Source: Eremomyces bilateralis CBS 781.70 (Eukaryota). From it: a stretch of DNA of 55,798 nt. The stretch lies in NCBI GenBank assembly GCA_010015585.1, contig ML975184.1, one strand, 5' to 3'. Positions within the stretch are counted from its first letter, which is position 1, and each line of letters opens with the position of its first letter. Below are positions 12,011 through 25,606 of the stretch, in pieces. A program made the translations under genes and the position numbers. The notes under the pieces were generated by a model. That model searched no databases. It was not told where the DNA came from and was given only the letters and a program-made list of their open reading frames with translations.

Positions 12011-14799
12011 TACTCACGATTGCATCCTCGCCATTCAACACTCCGCAAACATGAAACCATGCGGAGGAAGCAACATTTCCGCCAAACCTGTTCTTGGAGA
12101 TGTGCGTTATGAAGCGGATAAATTGAATCTGGCACCACGGGTGAATTCCATGGTACCGGAAATGAGCTGGTTACTGTACCGTCTGGGATGGCGAATCATC
12201 GTTGCGGACCCTCATGCCAATAAATCCTCCTTGCTGGAACATGGAAGCCATTAGGTATCTCGAAGTCTCGAGGGCTTACAGTAGTTCATGGTGCTGATGG
12301 TGGCCAAGGGATCCCGTCCTAGTTTCGAGCTATTATCGGGAGATCCAGTTCGATATTTGCTCTCCGTTGTCGGCTTAGGTGCCTGTAATTCAACTTTCCA
12401 CTTCATGTTTTCATTTCGAATCCGATCTTCCCACGGCGCATGTTTACCTTTCTTAGTATACCCTAGTAGTTTCAGTCTTATTAGCCGTATTTCTACGCAT
12501 CTCTACGGCGAACATGCTCGGTCGCCATTTATTCAGCTATAGGAGAAACGAGATTCGCATGGTTGATGAGATTCTTTCGGATCTGGAGCCACAGTTGATA
12601 GCTGCCATGATCCGCTTCCATGTATTCTTTGGTTATGGATTAAAATATACGGCATACAGAGCTTGGTTGATGGGGTCCAAACAACGACTGCGAAACCATT
12701 GCCGAGATTGTCTCCAATCGGCGAGCGGCGCCCATGTTAGAGCAATATGATTATTTCTCTGTTTATGTTTTTTCTCCATTGTTATCCATTCTGCGCATAT
12801 GGCATACTCGTAACATACCATTGGCTTTGCATTGTCGTGGCTGTGTGCTTTGAACATCCACACGTATATCCGCTATCACCTCTATCACGAACTCCAAAGC
12901 ATCTGAACCTGATATGCTGTGAATACGTCAGGATACGCTCCATCACTACATCCGATATGCCTCGTATACGAAGAGCCAACCTATGTATTGCACCTTTCCG
13001 CTGCTCAACCACGGGAGAGATGTACTTGACCTGTGGCACAGTATCTAATCTGGTGTTTCAATTGTCGTTGTCGCCGTTCCGCTATCCGCATCTTCGGGTC
13101 GTACGATCCGCTTCGCACCACCTGACAGTTGTTCTCTCCCATGGCTGTGACAGAGGCCATGAGTTGCCGACATTTGGCGGCTGTGGATGTACTTGTTAAT
13201 GATTAGCGGTGGAAATCATTACCAGCGGTGATTGACACGTCGATCTCGCCTGTATGCAAGCACGCGAGCGATGTTGGATCCCATGTGGTGGGTATTCTCG
13301 GACTGATGATAAAATATGTGTCCAATGGTCCAGACACCAGTCGCACTTCACCATTCTACTATGCATATTACCCCAGCTTTTCTAGGCCGTATTCGACCCC
13401 TCCCGTGATGTCATTGCTGTGAAGTGCCCTCGAAGTGGGAATGAGATCCCAGCCTCGCATTGACTGATATGCATATCGCGGATCCTGTCTCAGCCCTCCA
13501 CGATCCTGCCCGCAGTCCTATGTCTCCGTGTAACGCTTGCTGTGTGACTGTAATCCGCATCCATGACATTCCTTTCCGCATGGCTCACGTTACACATATT
13601 ACAGAACCGTGCATGTACTCGATAAATAGCACCAATTGATGTCCCACCGGGCTCGTGCATGGCGGGAGTGGGTGTTTGAGTTAGAGTTCCCGATTCGTGC
13701 AATCACACGATCTTCTCGATGGCACAAACTTCGCTGCTCGGGTTAACAAGTACCGATTGAATTTCTCTGTGCAATGAACGTGTTGGTTGGCGTATTGGAT
13801 GCGGGAGTGAACCGTCGAACGAGAGTTTGGACACTTGGTCATTTTGGTGGATTCCCCATCCCTACTATCAGTGAGGCAAGCCATCGTAGCGCTATGATTC
13901 TGAAGGAGCACGTATATACGGGGTCGTGAGAAGCTCATGTTCTTGATATGGTATCAAGAACAGAAGACTAGCTTGAAGTGACGTGTGCGGTCCGGTGTCC
14001 AAAGAATCGGGAGGTAGGAACGGGAGATTGCGTTCGTGCTATGTCAGAATGCGCACCGCAAGCCGCATTTTCACGGCCTGCTGCAAGGCGAGATCATATT
14101 CCTCGTTCGCTCACCAACGGTTTGCGGAAACTATTGCTAAATCTTAGAAGTGCACCGATGTCCACGGCTTGCCTCCCCATGGCGAAACCCACGGCGACCC
14201 ACGTTCCCTCTTCCATATTACATATTTAGGAAAACATGCAAAAATCAGTAAGGTCTTCTCGGCGATGTATATGCGCCAAGGTGTGGATACCTGGTCTTGA
14301 GCCTCTCCATGGCATAACATATGTATTGTTGACTGAAGTTTGCTGTATTAGTTCTCGGGTAGTCAATCAACAATGCGTATTAAGTACTCATCGTCGAGTC
14401 CAAGCGGAGAAATCGAGGGCAGGGCAACGGCGTACGAGGATGATACATCACTTTCATGACGTTCGACAAGGGAATTTCCCAGTAGAACAGACAGACACGG
14501 ACAGGGAGGAACCATATGCAGAAAATATTCCCGGTAACATTTGATAATTGGCTTGGCTCTTGCAAGGAAAATCCGCCTAATTACTGACAACAAAGATCCA
14601 ATCCGGTCGCCCACTCTGGCAGACGCCTCCGAGAGCGGGTTGACAAACTTTCAATAAACGCCAGAACCTATGAAAATCTGCAGGCAGCCTCGGTGAATGT
14701 CGAGGTTTGCCTTGCGGTTGATAGTTGCCCATTGCGCTGGTATTGAGCCAGGACACTTACGATGGTAGTATTCCCACCAAGATAGTACATCACTGGCAT

Positions 14800-16094
14800 C
14801 TATGCACCTTCACGACTCTGCCTGTAGCTCGCCTGTGTGGTTGTTCAGCAAGTGCACCCTTGTGGATGGAAGGACAGCGGAAACTTACCTCCTGTTCAAC
14901 TTGGAGCTGGTCAACAAGCGGGCCGAGTTCAGAAAGGATCTCATACGCCTTCTTGTGATATTCAATTTGAGCCGCAATCAGGTCAGCAAGATTCCGCAGA
15001 GGCTCCGGGGTATCAAGGACCTGCCAAACTGTTAGCTAACATCGCCTCGTGAATATCGCTCAGAATCGGCAGCGAAATAATCAGATGCTCGCCCAACCGG
15101 TTAGATTTGTACTCACATTCTTCATAACCCCCACCGCCTCCTCCGTCTGTCCCACAAACTCATCCTCTGCAGCCTCGATCTGGGCCCTCGCCTCCTCCGA
15201 CAGCGGCTCATCATCCAACGCGGCCTCCTTCTTCGGTCCTCCTATCCCAAACGGTCCGCTCTTCACCTTCGCCTTCGTCGCATCGAGGCTCAAGCGCGAA
15301 TTCTCGACCTGCTTCCGCGCGCGCGTCGCGAAGTTCAGCGACGTGTTGAGCGTCGTGCTCCAGCCGGCGAGGAACCGCGCCTGGATCGCGGCGTCCTGCG
15401 TCAACCGCGCCTCGCCGACTTTCTCGGACGCGATCGCGTACTTCTCGAGTGCCGAGGCTAGGGGGTCTTGGGTGCCGGAGCCGGCGCCGTCGGCCTGGCG
15501 GAGAGACTGGGAGCTGGAGATGGAGGCGCGGGCGATGGCGTGCGAGAAGGTCTTGGGCTGGGGCTTCGCTTGGGGCGGGGCGGTCATGGCGGCGGCGGCT
15601 TCGGTGGCGGAGTGGGCTTGGGAGAGGAGGTTGACCTTCTCGGAGACGGTGCGGCCCAGGTCGTTGAAGGACTCGCGGAGATTGGCAGGGTAGTCGTAGG
15701 CTTCGTGGGAGTATTGAGATCTAGGCGATGGAGGTCAGGAGGTGGGCGGAGCTGCCGTGGTTTCGGTAACGTACGTGACCTGCAGCATCTGCTGATGGAC
15801 TTGCTTAAGCGCATCGACGCGCTTCTCCAACTCGATGTAGTCCGGGGGGAGCTCAGTCTGGCTCAGGAGTCAGGTGAACCGTCGACTCTGCAATTCCAGA
15901 TGATGATCAGGTGTAGACATACCTTATCGTCCACCTGGCCGAGTTGTTCCCTCACATATTGCGATGTCCTGTTAAACTGCGGCATCACCGCCGCCCTATA
16001 CGAGCCTGTGTCAGCACGCGGGGCGTTCAAACGGAGGATTGGGAAGGCCGGAGACTCACGAGAAATTCTTCCCGAATGCTTGGAACTTGTCCAT
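14800..16094 (-). CDS. GVP36: BAR-domain Golgi vesicle protein Gvp36
   Basis: Multi-exon gene: MDKFQAFGKNFS...TELPPDYIELEKRVDALKQVHQ...EAYDYPANLRESF...PKTFSHAIARAS...ARKQVENSRLSLDA...EAAEDEFVGQTEEAVGVMKN...ASYRQSREGA*. Confidence 0.88.
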
Positions 16095-17245
16095 CTTTAG
16101 TATGCTAGATGTCCGGAGATTGGTGTGGGAATATCGGAATATCGGAATGTTTTGGATGCTAAGGTTGGTGGAGGCGATGATGGTTGGCGGTTGAGCTGTA
16201 GTTGGACGGAGACACGAGCAACGTGAACTGTTGCACTGGCGCTGATGCACGTGCTTGCCCTGTATCTGATTGGTGCCTCGATGCCTTAATTATTTTATTA
16301 TTTAGACAGGAGACGTGAGGACTTTCAATTCACGTGCTCCAACCAACCCCCTGATCCAGATCCCTGCAACCCTTCCATCCCTCAGCACTCCAACAGTCAG
16401 TCACACTGAGCAGTCAGCTTGGTCGATCGTCATCAAATGGATTCAATCCCCAACCACTTTTCGCCCTTTTGGGTTATCTATTGATATCAGCAATCAATGC
16501 TATCAAATGTTAGCCGACCATTGCTACTCCGTAGCCTTGACATAATTGCAATTTGCTTGCTGCTGCTGGTTCTGGGGAAGTCTTGGACGCTCTGGGCGAG
16601 AGGAAGTCAGGGCCAATCGAGGACGAGACCTTAGTTAAAGGGACTGGTAATAATCGCTACCTTGGGTTATCGAGGGTTAGCTCCCGAGTCAGCGATTACC
16701 GTTTGGTGCTCCTGTTGTTAGTAAGTTGGTGAAACTTGGTCGTATACTAAAGGACGTCAAGCGTGCAGTGTCATTTATCTCGTCTTCCGATGGTTGAGAC
16801 AAAATGGAATATCAGGTTAGTTGAGATATTGGTCGGACATCACAAGTAGAATAATGGACATGATCATATACAACTCTCTCAAATTTATCGACATCTCCAA
16901 ATCTAGTAGATATTCACCAACTAGATCGACTAGTTCCTATTTTCGAATCCAAAAGGAACCCAATCCTTGCTGTCGTTTTATCATAGCCGCACCATTTGCG
17001 AACTCTATTGTGCCACGCCTGCCGATGGGACCATGTAACGAATGGTCAACCAAGGCAGGCCGCGAAGTTAATATGGACATCTGCCGACGCGACCACTAAC
17101 GAATGAATGGTCAACCAGGGCAGCGTGCCTGGAAGCGAAAGAAACACCGAGAACACCAGCTGGTGAGGCATGCCAACCCAATGCATGAACGAATGAAGCA
17201 CAGGTTTGCAGTATTGTTCAACCGAAAACGACCCGGGCACACCAT

Positions 17246-18043
17246 TTAGTGGCCGCCACGTCGGTGGTGCACATGCCTCGCGGCATGGCGGGCGGGGAAC
17301 TGGTACTCCTCCGTCGTGGTCGACGTCTCGGTGACAGTGGTGACGACGGTCTCGACATGCTCGGGCGCAGGAGTCGGGGCCGGGCTGGGCGCGACGTTAT
17401 TGCCTTGGGCTTCGGCGGCCTTCACGGCCGGCTGGAAGGTCTGGGCAGGGACACTCTCGAAGGCAAGAGGCTCACCCGCGGACGGAGTGGGCACATCGGA
17501 CGGAGACTGGATAGGCTTCTGCTCTCCACCGCCGTTGGCGGAGTCGGCACAGAGGTAGAGATGGATGTCCGCTCCCTCAGGGCAGGAGCGGGACGCCCAG
17601 TCGTCATTCCACTTGTTGTATGCACCGGCGCACACTTCGTGGGCGGCGCACTTGACCTCGGGGCAGCCTTCCCCGCTGTTCATGTACATGGGGTACTTCA
17701 TCCATGGGCAGTCGTCGTTCTGGCAGTCGACGAAGGAAAGATCATACCACAGGTGACCGGCCATTTCACCACCGACGGTGTACTCGAACTGGGCGATTTG
17801 CCCGGCAAGCTGGTCTTCTTTGTTGATCTTGATTGAGACACCGCCGGCTTCGGGTGAGCGGCACTCTTCGTTGTAGTCGCCGCCGCTTTCGATCTGGGTC
17901 GAATCACCCGGGGCCTTATCTGTATCCACCGACCAAACGTGGACTGGGAAGTCACACTTGTTGTGAACGTAGGCCTTGGAGGCCTGGGCCACAGGTGCGG
18001 CGGCAGCAAGGAAAGCTGCTGCGGAGATGATTGAACTGCGCAT
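17246..18043 (-). CDS. Secreted Bys1/thaumatin-like Cys-rich protein with a P/T-rich linker and His-rich tail
   Basis: Signal peptide, then VHNKCDFPVHVWSV, GGVSIKI, QFEYT, LWYDLSFVDC. Intronless ORF with GC3-rich codons. Confidence 0.82.
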   Translation of the reverse strand: MRSSIISAAAFLAAAAPVAQASKAYVHNKCDFPVHVWSVDTDKAPGDSTQIESGGDYNEECRSPEAGGVSIKINKEDQLAGQIAQFEYTVGGEMAGHLWYDLSFVDCQNDDCPWMKYPMYMNSGEGCPEVKCAAHEVCAGAYNKWNDDWASRSCPEGADIHLYLCADSANGGGEQKPIQSPSDVPTPSAGEPLAFESVPAQTFQPAVKAAEAQGNNVAPSPAPTPAPEHVETVVTTVTETSTTTEEYQFPARHAARHVHHRRGGH

Positions 18044-21000
18044 GATGTTGGATTGGGTGGTTGGCTGGTAGTAAAGGAGTGTCTTAGAAACGATAGGACT
18101 GAGTTGGAATAAAGCCGATTGAGTCGAAGGTCGATCGATGAACCTGATGAAGCAAGAGAGAGTGATTGCTTTGCAGGTGAACGTAAGTCAAAGAGTGACT
18201 TTCTGTATGTTGGAATGTGTTACAGAATGAATGAATGTTGGTCCGTTGCGGTTGGAGGGAAATCAGGAGTCGGATCAGGGGCACTTATAAACCACGCTAC
18301 TGGCCACCACAGGGAAGACTTTTTGCCAAGTGGGTCATGGAGGGTCGATAAGCCGCTGGGCGACCGCGTCAGAGGAACCAAATCTCGGGGCTGGCGAGGA
18401 ACGCCAATGAAATTTCTCGAAGGGGGCGATCGCGCTGCAAGCCTGAATTCAGGGCACCTGGGCCGTCCAATCAGGACGACATTGGAGATTGGTTTGAACC
18501 AGGGAGACTGTGGCTCCAATCCAGGAACATCCAGGAACGCTGTATCGGGCGGATTTCGAAACAGAGTGGTTTCCAATTCAATATGCCAGTTGCCATTTTG
18601 ATTCTTCATGTGCAGTGCAATTAGGCCAAATCTGTCCATATTGCATGTTGGCAGGGAAAAAAACCACAAGATCTGAGGCCTGAGGGTCGTTTAAGCCCCA
18701 TGGGGACGGTTTAACTTACGTAGTGAAGACATTCTGGCCGCTGCATGATCGCACCAACAATACTGCGTTATTTTAAAGACAAGGAGCAGTTATGTAATCG
18801 TATTTACGGTAAGCCGAATGTTTGATTTGGCATTGATTCCCTCCATGAGGACCATGACTCCCATCACAAATTTGCGATGTGGCGGAGCCGTTAAAGTTCG
18901 CCAAGTCGCTCAACAGTCAATAGAGTGAACGGACGCACTGAGGTAAAGTAAGGTTACGGCCCCCAGCGCCCAGTGACTGCGACGAACGTGTCCGCACAAC
19001 GTCCTCTTGGCTCCGGCAGATCGTACAGCAATATCACCATTCACCAACATTTGGCGCGACTGGTTGGAGATGATGAGTGACACGCCAGCTGGAGAGCGAC
19101 TACGGGGCGTTCCGAGGTTGGCTCCAAGGGGGCTCCACAGCAGGATCGGTTCCGGATTTGCGACATACATGTCGAATCAAGATAATAGACTTGGACGATA
19201 AGAATGGACTTGCACTAGGATTTCCGCTGGGATTCAAGAATAACATCGAAAGCAAGAAACCCAAACTCCGTGTATGAAAGTGGTTCTCACCTGTCGCGGA
19301 GCTGGCCACTCGCCTCGATGGACGGAAATCGTCGAGGCGTGACATGCAGGCGACCCTGGGCTGTCAATTGTCATCCCCGCCTGAATGGCCCCTCAGCCTT
19401 ACAGTGCTGTTGGTCGGTCATTGGTGGCTTGGGACCCCCATCTTGCTCTCGTACCGCTTTTGGCCACCCGGTTCGCCCACGCCCCAGATTTCCCCAGAAA
19501 TGCTTAAGGCGAGCTCATTTCTCGATGTTTCGAAGTTGAACATACGAAGATTCCGAATCGCGATGTTCTGTTAAGGTTGGCGTTTGTGCGACGAAGGCGA
19601 CTGAGTGAGGCGACTGCTCGAGGCGACGGGAGGTACCTGTGTCTTGGGCCCTGGAGTCACGTGCCAAATATGCCCCATGCTGTAGTGCCGTACGGGATTC
19701 TTGATCTTTCACATTGCCTGCGATTCTATTTTGCCATCCACCCTCTTTTCTATCAAGATGTTCCATTTGTTCTTGCCTCGTTGTCAAGTCCCTTTTATTG
19801 ATGGCGAGTGATCATGTTGCCTTGCTGGTAGGAAGCGAAGTCTGTAACAGCTATCGAGGTAATGAAGTTATGAGGATGTGACAGCTCACGATCTCCTCGT
19901 GCGACAGAACCACGATGACAGGACTTATCGATTCCCAGCCACCCTGTCCGTGGCTAATTCTGCTGTTGTGCTACAATCCTAAAACCTTAGGATATAGTAC
20001 CTATTCTGCCATACATAGATTTGTGGATGCTCGGGATCCAATGACTGCCCAGCATCCTGCTTTGCTGGCAAGATACCATTGGATTGATATCACATCCCTT
20101 ATGCGGTATTGCCTGTCTGTCATTCTCTAGTCTCCCCCTTTCATCTCAGCAGTAATACTTCCATTCAGTAATTCTCGCATCTGTGAAACCGAGTGATGGA
20201 TCAGATTTCATTGGTATGTTTTCGAAAACCCATGCGAGATGCTCGAGATCAGGGCATCGATCTCGTTTTTTCGCTGGTCGTGCTTTGATTTCAGCTGGAT
20301 TTTTGCAAGTCTCTACCTGCGCTGCGAATATCATTTGCGAGAGACGTTGGCCGTCCCATGGTGACCGTCTATCCTGCCAATACCAATTTCCACCCTCAAA
20401 TGTTTCTCCTTGTTTCTCAGTGAGTAAAGATCATGGGCAAGCCTGGCAAGGCGCATGTTTCAAGAGGAGATCGCACGCACATTAGCGCATCATTGATCGA
20501 CCCGAGAGTGATACCAGCATTGGAGATCAAGCAGAACGTCGAGGAACTTGCAGGGTCCGGGATGGTCAAGGTGTTCCGACAGCTGGCAGCCGGAAATCCG
20601 CGATACGAATACTAGGTCGTGGCATATTCGGCAGACCGAAAGAGTGATGCGCTGTCCAAGTCGTTTCCGTTTCATCTATAACTTGCAGGCCTGATAAAGG
20701 TCTCCACCAGTTCTTCTTCTGGAATTGTTCTGTCTTCGGTGGGTTGGAGTTCGTTCAATGCTTCTATTAAGGAGCTCCGAAGTCTAGAACAGATAGGTCT
20801 CAGCAGAATTTCCTCTTATACCTTCCATGCTGTCCACAAGACTCTCGAGCCTATCGACAGTCACCGACTTGTATAACCTATCACGAGAAACACGACTGGG
20901 CTAATCATGGCACTTTCCTAGAACACCATGCCAAATCCACACAGGAGGTTGAATCATTCAAAGTGATCGTCTCATTCTGAATAAGCGATCGCGGTTGAGC

Positions 21001-21209
21001 GATTTATGCTAGATTAATTCCGAAACCGGGCACATCGTACCGTTTCTCGTGGACATAATCATGCTGCATGACAAGACCGTGACTATACCGAACACCTCCC
21101 AGGCTGGCAGTAAAGCTCTGCCCATTACTCAGAATCACGTCCGTATTAATGTGAAGAATCGCCATGGTGTCGGAGGTACGGGGATCGACCCCTTCACGAT
21201 GCTGGTCGT

Positions 21210-21792
21210 CTAGGCCGTCTTGTCATCAATACCTTTGAGGGTGACGTCACTATAATTCTCATCAGCTCAAGGATTCTATCAAGGTACTCGCTGGGATGGC
21301 TCACAAGATCAATGTTGCGTTCGGAGGGATGAGGCCGGGAAATCCCCTATCGCCATATGCATAGTCGCTTGATGATCCGTCAGCATCGTCCGGTCAAGAA
21401 AAATAACTCGTTCATACCCAGTGATGGTCAAGGTCGACTTTTCGCCCAGAGACATTCCCTCTGTGCTCGCGGTTCCAATGATCCCCTCATCCCAGCCTAT
21501 CATCAATGTCAACTTGCTAGCTTAACAGTGTGAGTCTAGTGGCCTTGACCTTTGATAACCCTTCCGATCCCGATCTGTGTCTTGAACACGCCCCGGTTCT
21601 CGGTGGAGTCAAAGCTGGTCAAATTCAGTGTCCGCACATTCCGCTTCAGCAATGGCATCCTCACACGTCGCCCTTGTTGTCGGGCTTGCTTGGATCGTAA
21701 AGGAAGCCCTTGTATTCCATGGCGACAATCTGGCCCTTTGAAGGTCGATCGACGCCATTCCCCGCCTGCTGGACTTGTTTGGTCACACCCAT
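21210..21792 (-). CDS. FPR1: FKBP12 peptidyl-prolyl cis-trans isomerase (FK506/rapamycin-binding protein)
   Basis: MGVTKQVQQAGNGVDRP...FDSTENRGVFKTQIGIGRVIKG|WDEG...MSLGEKSTLTITG|DYAYGDRGFPGLIPPNATLIF|DVTLKGIDDKTA*. Introns 21615-21664, 21497-21549, 21368-21417, 21250-21304. Confidence 0.95.
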
Positions 21793-24700
21793 GTTGCTCG
21801 GATGGAAGAAGGTTGGAAGGTTGTGTCAAGCGATGAGATCGACACAATCAGGATGGTGGTCTGGTAGAACGACACGAATTCCGTCAGTTGCAATCGGAGG
21901 GGGTGTTGGTAGGTTTAAAACACGAATTTCCAAACCTTTGAATTGAAAAGTGAAAAGTGATGATGAAATCGAGATGCCACGTCCTGTTTCAGCTGGCGGT
22001 GCGGAGAGGTGGGAGAATTATAACCGCAAACGCCGTCGTTGGTGAGACATTGCGCCTGCCAATCCCCTAGCGATTGCGTCTTGCCTAATCAACACTCCAT
22101 TCTCGTCTCTTATTACAAAACAAATGTGATTAGCGCTACAGTATGGTCAAGGAGGGGGGGTTTGGTGGCTGCGGAGCGAGTGCGACTACTGCGCGTAGCA
22201 ACGGAACATCCACCAGCCTAGACCATCTTCCGACTGGCATGGAACTATCGAACTAGGCCCAAGACCGGACAAGAATCGCAAGTTGACTCGCCGACTGGAC
22301 AGGTCGTCCGGTCCCGATACTATTAATGAGCCATGGCTTCCTCGCAGCTGTCGCAGGGTGCTTCAGAGTTCAGACAGACCAGCACTCGAAGTCTCCAATC
22401 TCCATCCGAGTTGTGCGCCAGATGCGCCATCCGAGAAAAGCCACTCAACTCAACGTCGTGGGATTTCGAGATCAAATTCATCGCGATGACATGGTTCTTC
22501 CAATACTCATTACCCTATTCATTGTGGGGAACCGCGGGCCTCTCTCCCTCGTGCTCGACTGGACCGTCCTGGGGGCTTGAAGGTCAAATCGACCAAAGCG
22601 TGAATCGACTCCAAAGACAACCGCGTGAGGGGCGTCGAATACACTATTTGGGAAATCCAAGTGTCCAGTCATCTAGTCGTCTAGTTGAGAAGCATTTCTG
22701 CGCCACGTTCGCCAGCATGGGTTTCTACGCTTCGATTGAATGTATCCAAATGCTGCATCGGGTGCATCCATTGGTTCAGACTCCACACGTTGTGGAAAAT
22801 ACGGTGTTCCACATGAACGGCGCCCGGTCTTACTACGTAGTATGCGTTGTCCCGGATGCCGCGAGATTCGGTGTACGCTACTCATGCACTGTAGAATACT
22901 TGGCTGGAGCTGGTGCGACCTTGGGTTGGTACTTGGTAAGGGACTACGTACTCCGTAAGGGCAGCATTATTGCTACCAACGGTGGATACAGTATACGCAT
23001 AGAATGACGATGATAGTGTGGGCACTGGGCAGTTCGCCACGACTAACAATGGGCTTTGAAGCTATACTACGTATGCCCCACCGAAGTCCTCGGTCATCCG
23101 ACTTGATTCTACGAGGCCGAGCTCGTAGTGACGCCGCCACTCCGTGAGACTCCGCGAGACAGTGGATGGATGGCTACTCTCTCGACTCTCCAGGACCCGA
23201 ATCCTGGCTATCAGCTATGGCAAGGCGTGAGTGGAGACTCCATTCCTATCCCGATCCCAGAATGCAACAAACCAGGGAAACTATGCGTTGGAATTGGACG
23301 TTGGGACTTTTGGAGTCCACCCTTTGAACCACTGGCTAACCATCGGCAGATCTCGGAAAGGAAGCCACCTAATAACGATCCTCCGTCGACCTTGGACCGA
23401 AGCCGATATGATTGACAAGGCAGACAGATCCTCACGCACGATCGGCCTCCAATATGGCCGGCGATTGCCCACGACAGCAACAATATGTAATATCTGACGG
23501 TTCCACTTGATCGGCAGTTTAAATGATTATCCAAGAAATCAAGAACCAAGATCTACACTAGTGTTTTCTGCAGCTACAGAGGGAAACTCTGTTGAGCGAC
23601 TTAGGTGCTTGTCCAAGGCTCAAAGGTCATGCATGACATGGGATCCGTAGTAATGCTAATAACTATCAACAGACCAGAGTTGTATCCGTCTATAGACTAG
23701 GTCGATCCCAGACTTCGGGTTCGGTATTGCTTTGCCATCTTTGGTACGCTGGCTCAGGAGTTACGCATGAAGCCCTGGGCATATGCATCCTGGATTAACT
23801 ATTGCTGCGTCGACTCTCAACCATACCTTATACCTGTAATATTACGGAGTCTTGCATTGTGGCAAAACAAACATGATATGCATGCGACCATGTCGACAGC
23901 ATTCAACTGATGGCAGCTCTTGTCCACCTTGAAACCTGAGCAATTAGCACTTGGGAATCCGTTCAGACAGTTAGGGTCAGATCATCCGCCCCGAGAACTT
24001 TGCAGTACATTGATCATGAGAACATATTCAAACCATTCTGAACAACCCCGCTATGCACGGCGGTACATGGACTCCACAGATCTGGAAAGAGAGTATTGTC
24101 AGGACTCGGGACTCGACGAGAAAGGATTGTCGGGATCCACTACCTCCAATTGCGCGATTCCCCAATTGGCATCTGCCGGCGACATTTTTATACGACGAAC
24201 AGGGGCAGATAGACTACAATTGGATTAAAGCTATTGCTCCGCGCATATAGCCTTCGTGCATAAGGGCAAGAATTGAAGTTGTAAAGCTGACATGAGACAT
24301 CCTTCGAATGGCGCTTAACGCGCCTTGTCGTACAGGCAGAGTCCTGGACGAGTACGAGTAGTGGCCATACAAGCTTATAGTACACAACGCAAAGGGCCTG
24401 TAGCATGCGAACTTGCGGAGCCGCAACTACAGTTCCGACTTGAGAGAAGTCAAGGAGGGACAGCTTCAAGCTCTCTCCTGTAATTCCTGGAGCTACGGTA
24501 CGACATCAGGTCAGTTAATAATATACATGCGCCGACGTAGTCAACTTGTCGCGAGTGGCCGGTCGACTGTCGCCAGATATTCAGATCGAACTTGTCCGGT
24601 TACAAATGGCCGGCATCGATACCTTGGACTTGGGATTCCTGTCGTGACTCAGTATCCCGCTTATTTCACAGCACTGCGTCTCACTAACCCCCGACCCGAA

Positions 24701-25606
24701 TCTCGTTAAGCTCTGGGGGACCGTACCTTCGACGTACATGTATCAGTACAGGTCCCCACTCATTCCTTGATTTTCCTAAACAGGTCGGTAGGATGATTGT
24801 CGCATGTCAATCTAGGTTGAACCGGTGTGAACACCCTCTGCATACGGGACGTGGGGGATTGACATGGTTCTAGCATACGTAGTAGGGTTGGATTATGACC
24901 TGAGAAAGAGGACCTGGAGGTATCCCCTTGATGTCCAACTTTTAAGACCAGAAGCTCACTCATACGTCTTATCTCGAGTCACCTCCGTCCAAGTTACTCA
25001 ATCCACATCGACTCGCATTTATGATTTTATCGATCAGTCAAGCATTCGAGTCTCCGAGCCTGCCGCGAGCCGTTCATATGTAGATAGTTGACGCGAAGGT
25101 CGCTTGCGTCAACTGAATCTGATATTGGGCAAGGTATCCATATACAGTGCTCCAGGCGTAGAATACCAAAGTTCCAGTCCACACAAGTCTATACTCCAGA
25201 CGTCCATTGCAAGCAAACCCGTACAAGAAGCAATTGGTGCTGTTGGAATGGATTGAATGGACGTTGCAATTGTTTCATGTTTGAGGGTCGAATGATGAAT
25301 GATGAATCACAATAATGTGAGAACTGACCAAGTGCTCCGATAACGTGTCCTGATTGGGTAATCTGCCTGCGCCGAATCTCAGGCAGTGATCGCCAATTCG
25401 TCATTCATTCTACGGATATGAGAAGTTACCAGATAACAGAAGCGCTGAACTCCGAGACTCGAAATCGTTCTCTTTGATCTTGTTGAGGATTGAGTCATCT
25501 CCCTTCTTCCATCGTTGCATCGTGTCTTCATTTAGGCACGCCTTCGGTTCCTTCAGTATCTTCCTCCTTCCATCCCGGAGCAGCCACGAAACGTAATTCG
25601 GACACA

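Noticed and set aside
13880..14620. Possible spliced minus-strand gene between the TF and GVP36
   Set aside because: Intron-like signals exist, but the joined peptide is short and unrecognisable.
15049..16100. Long plus-strand ORFs opposite GVP36 (similar ORFs oppose the Bys1-like gene, LAP1 and the TF)
   Set aside because: They are antisense shadows of GC3-rich coding sequence and carry no protein motifs.
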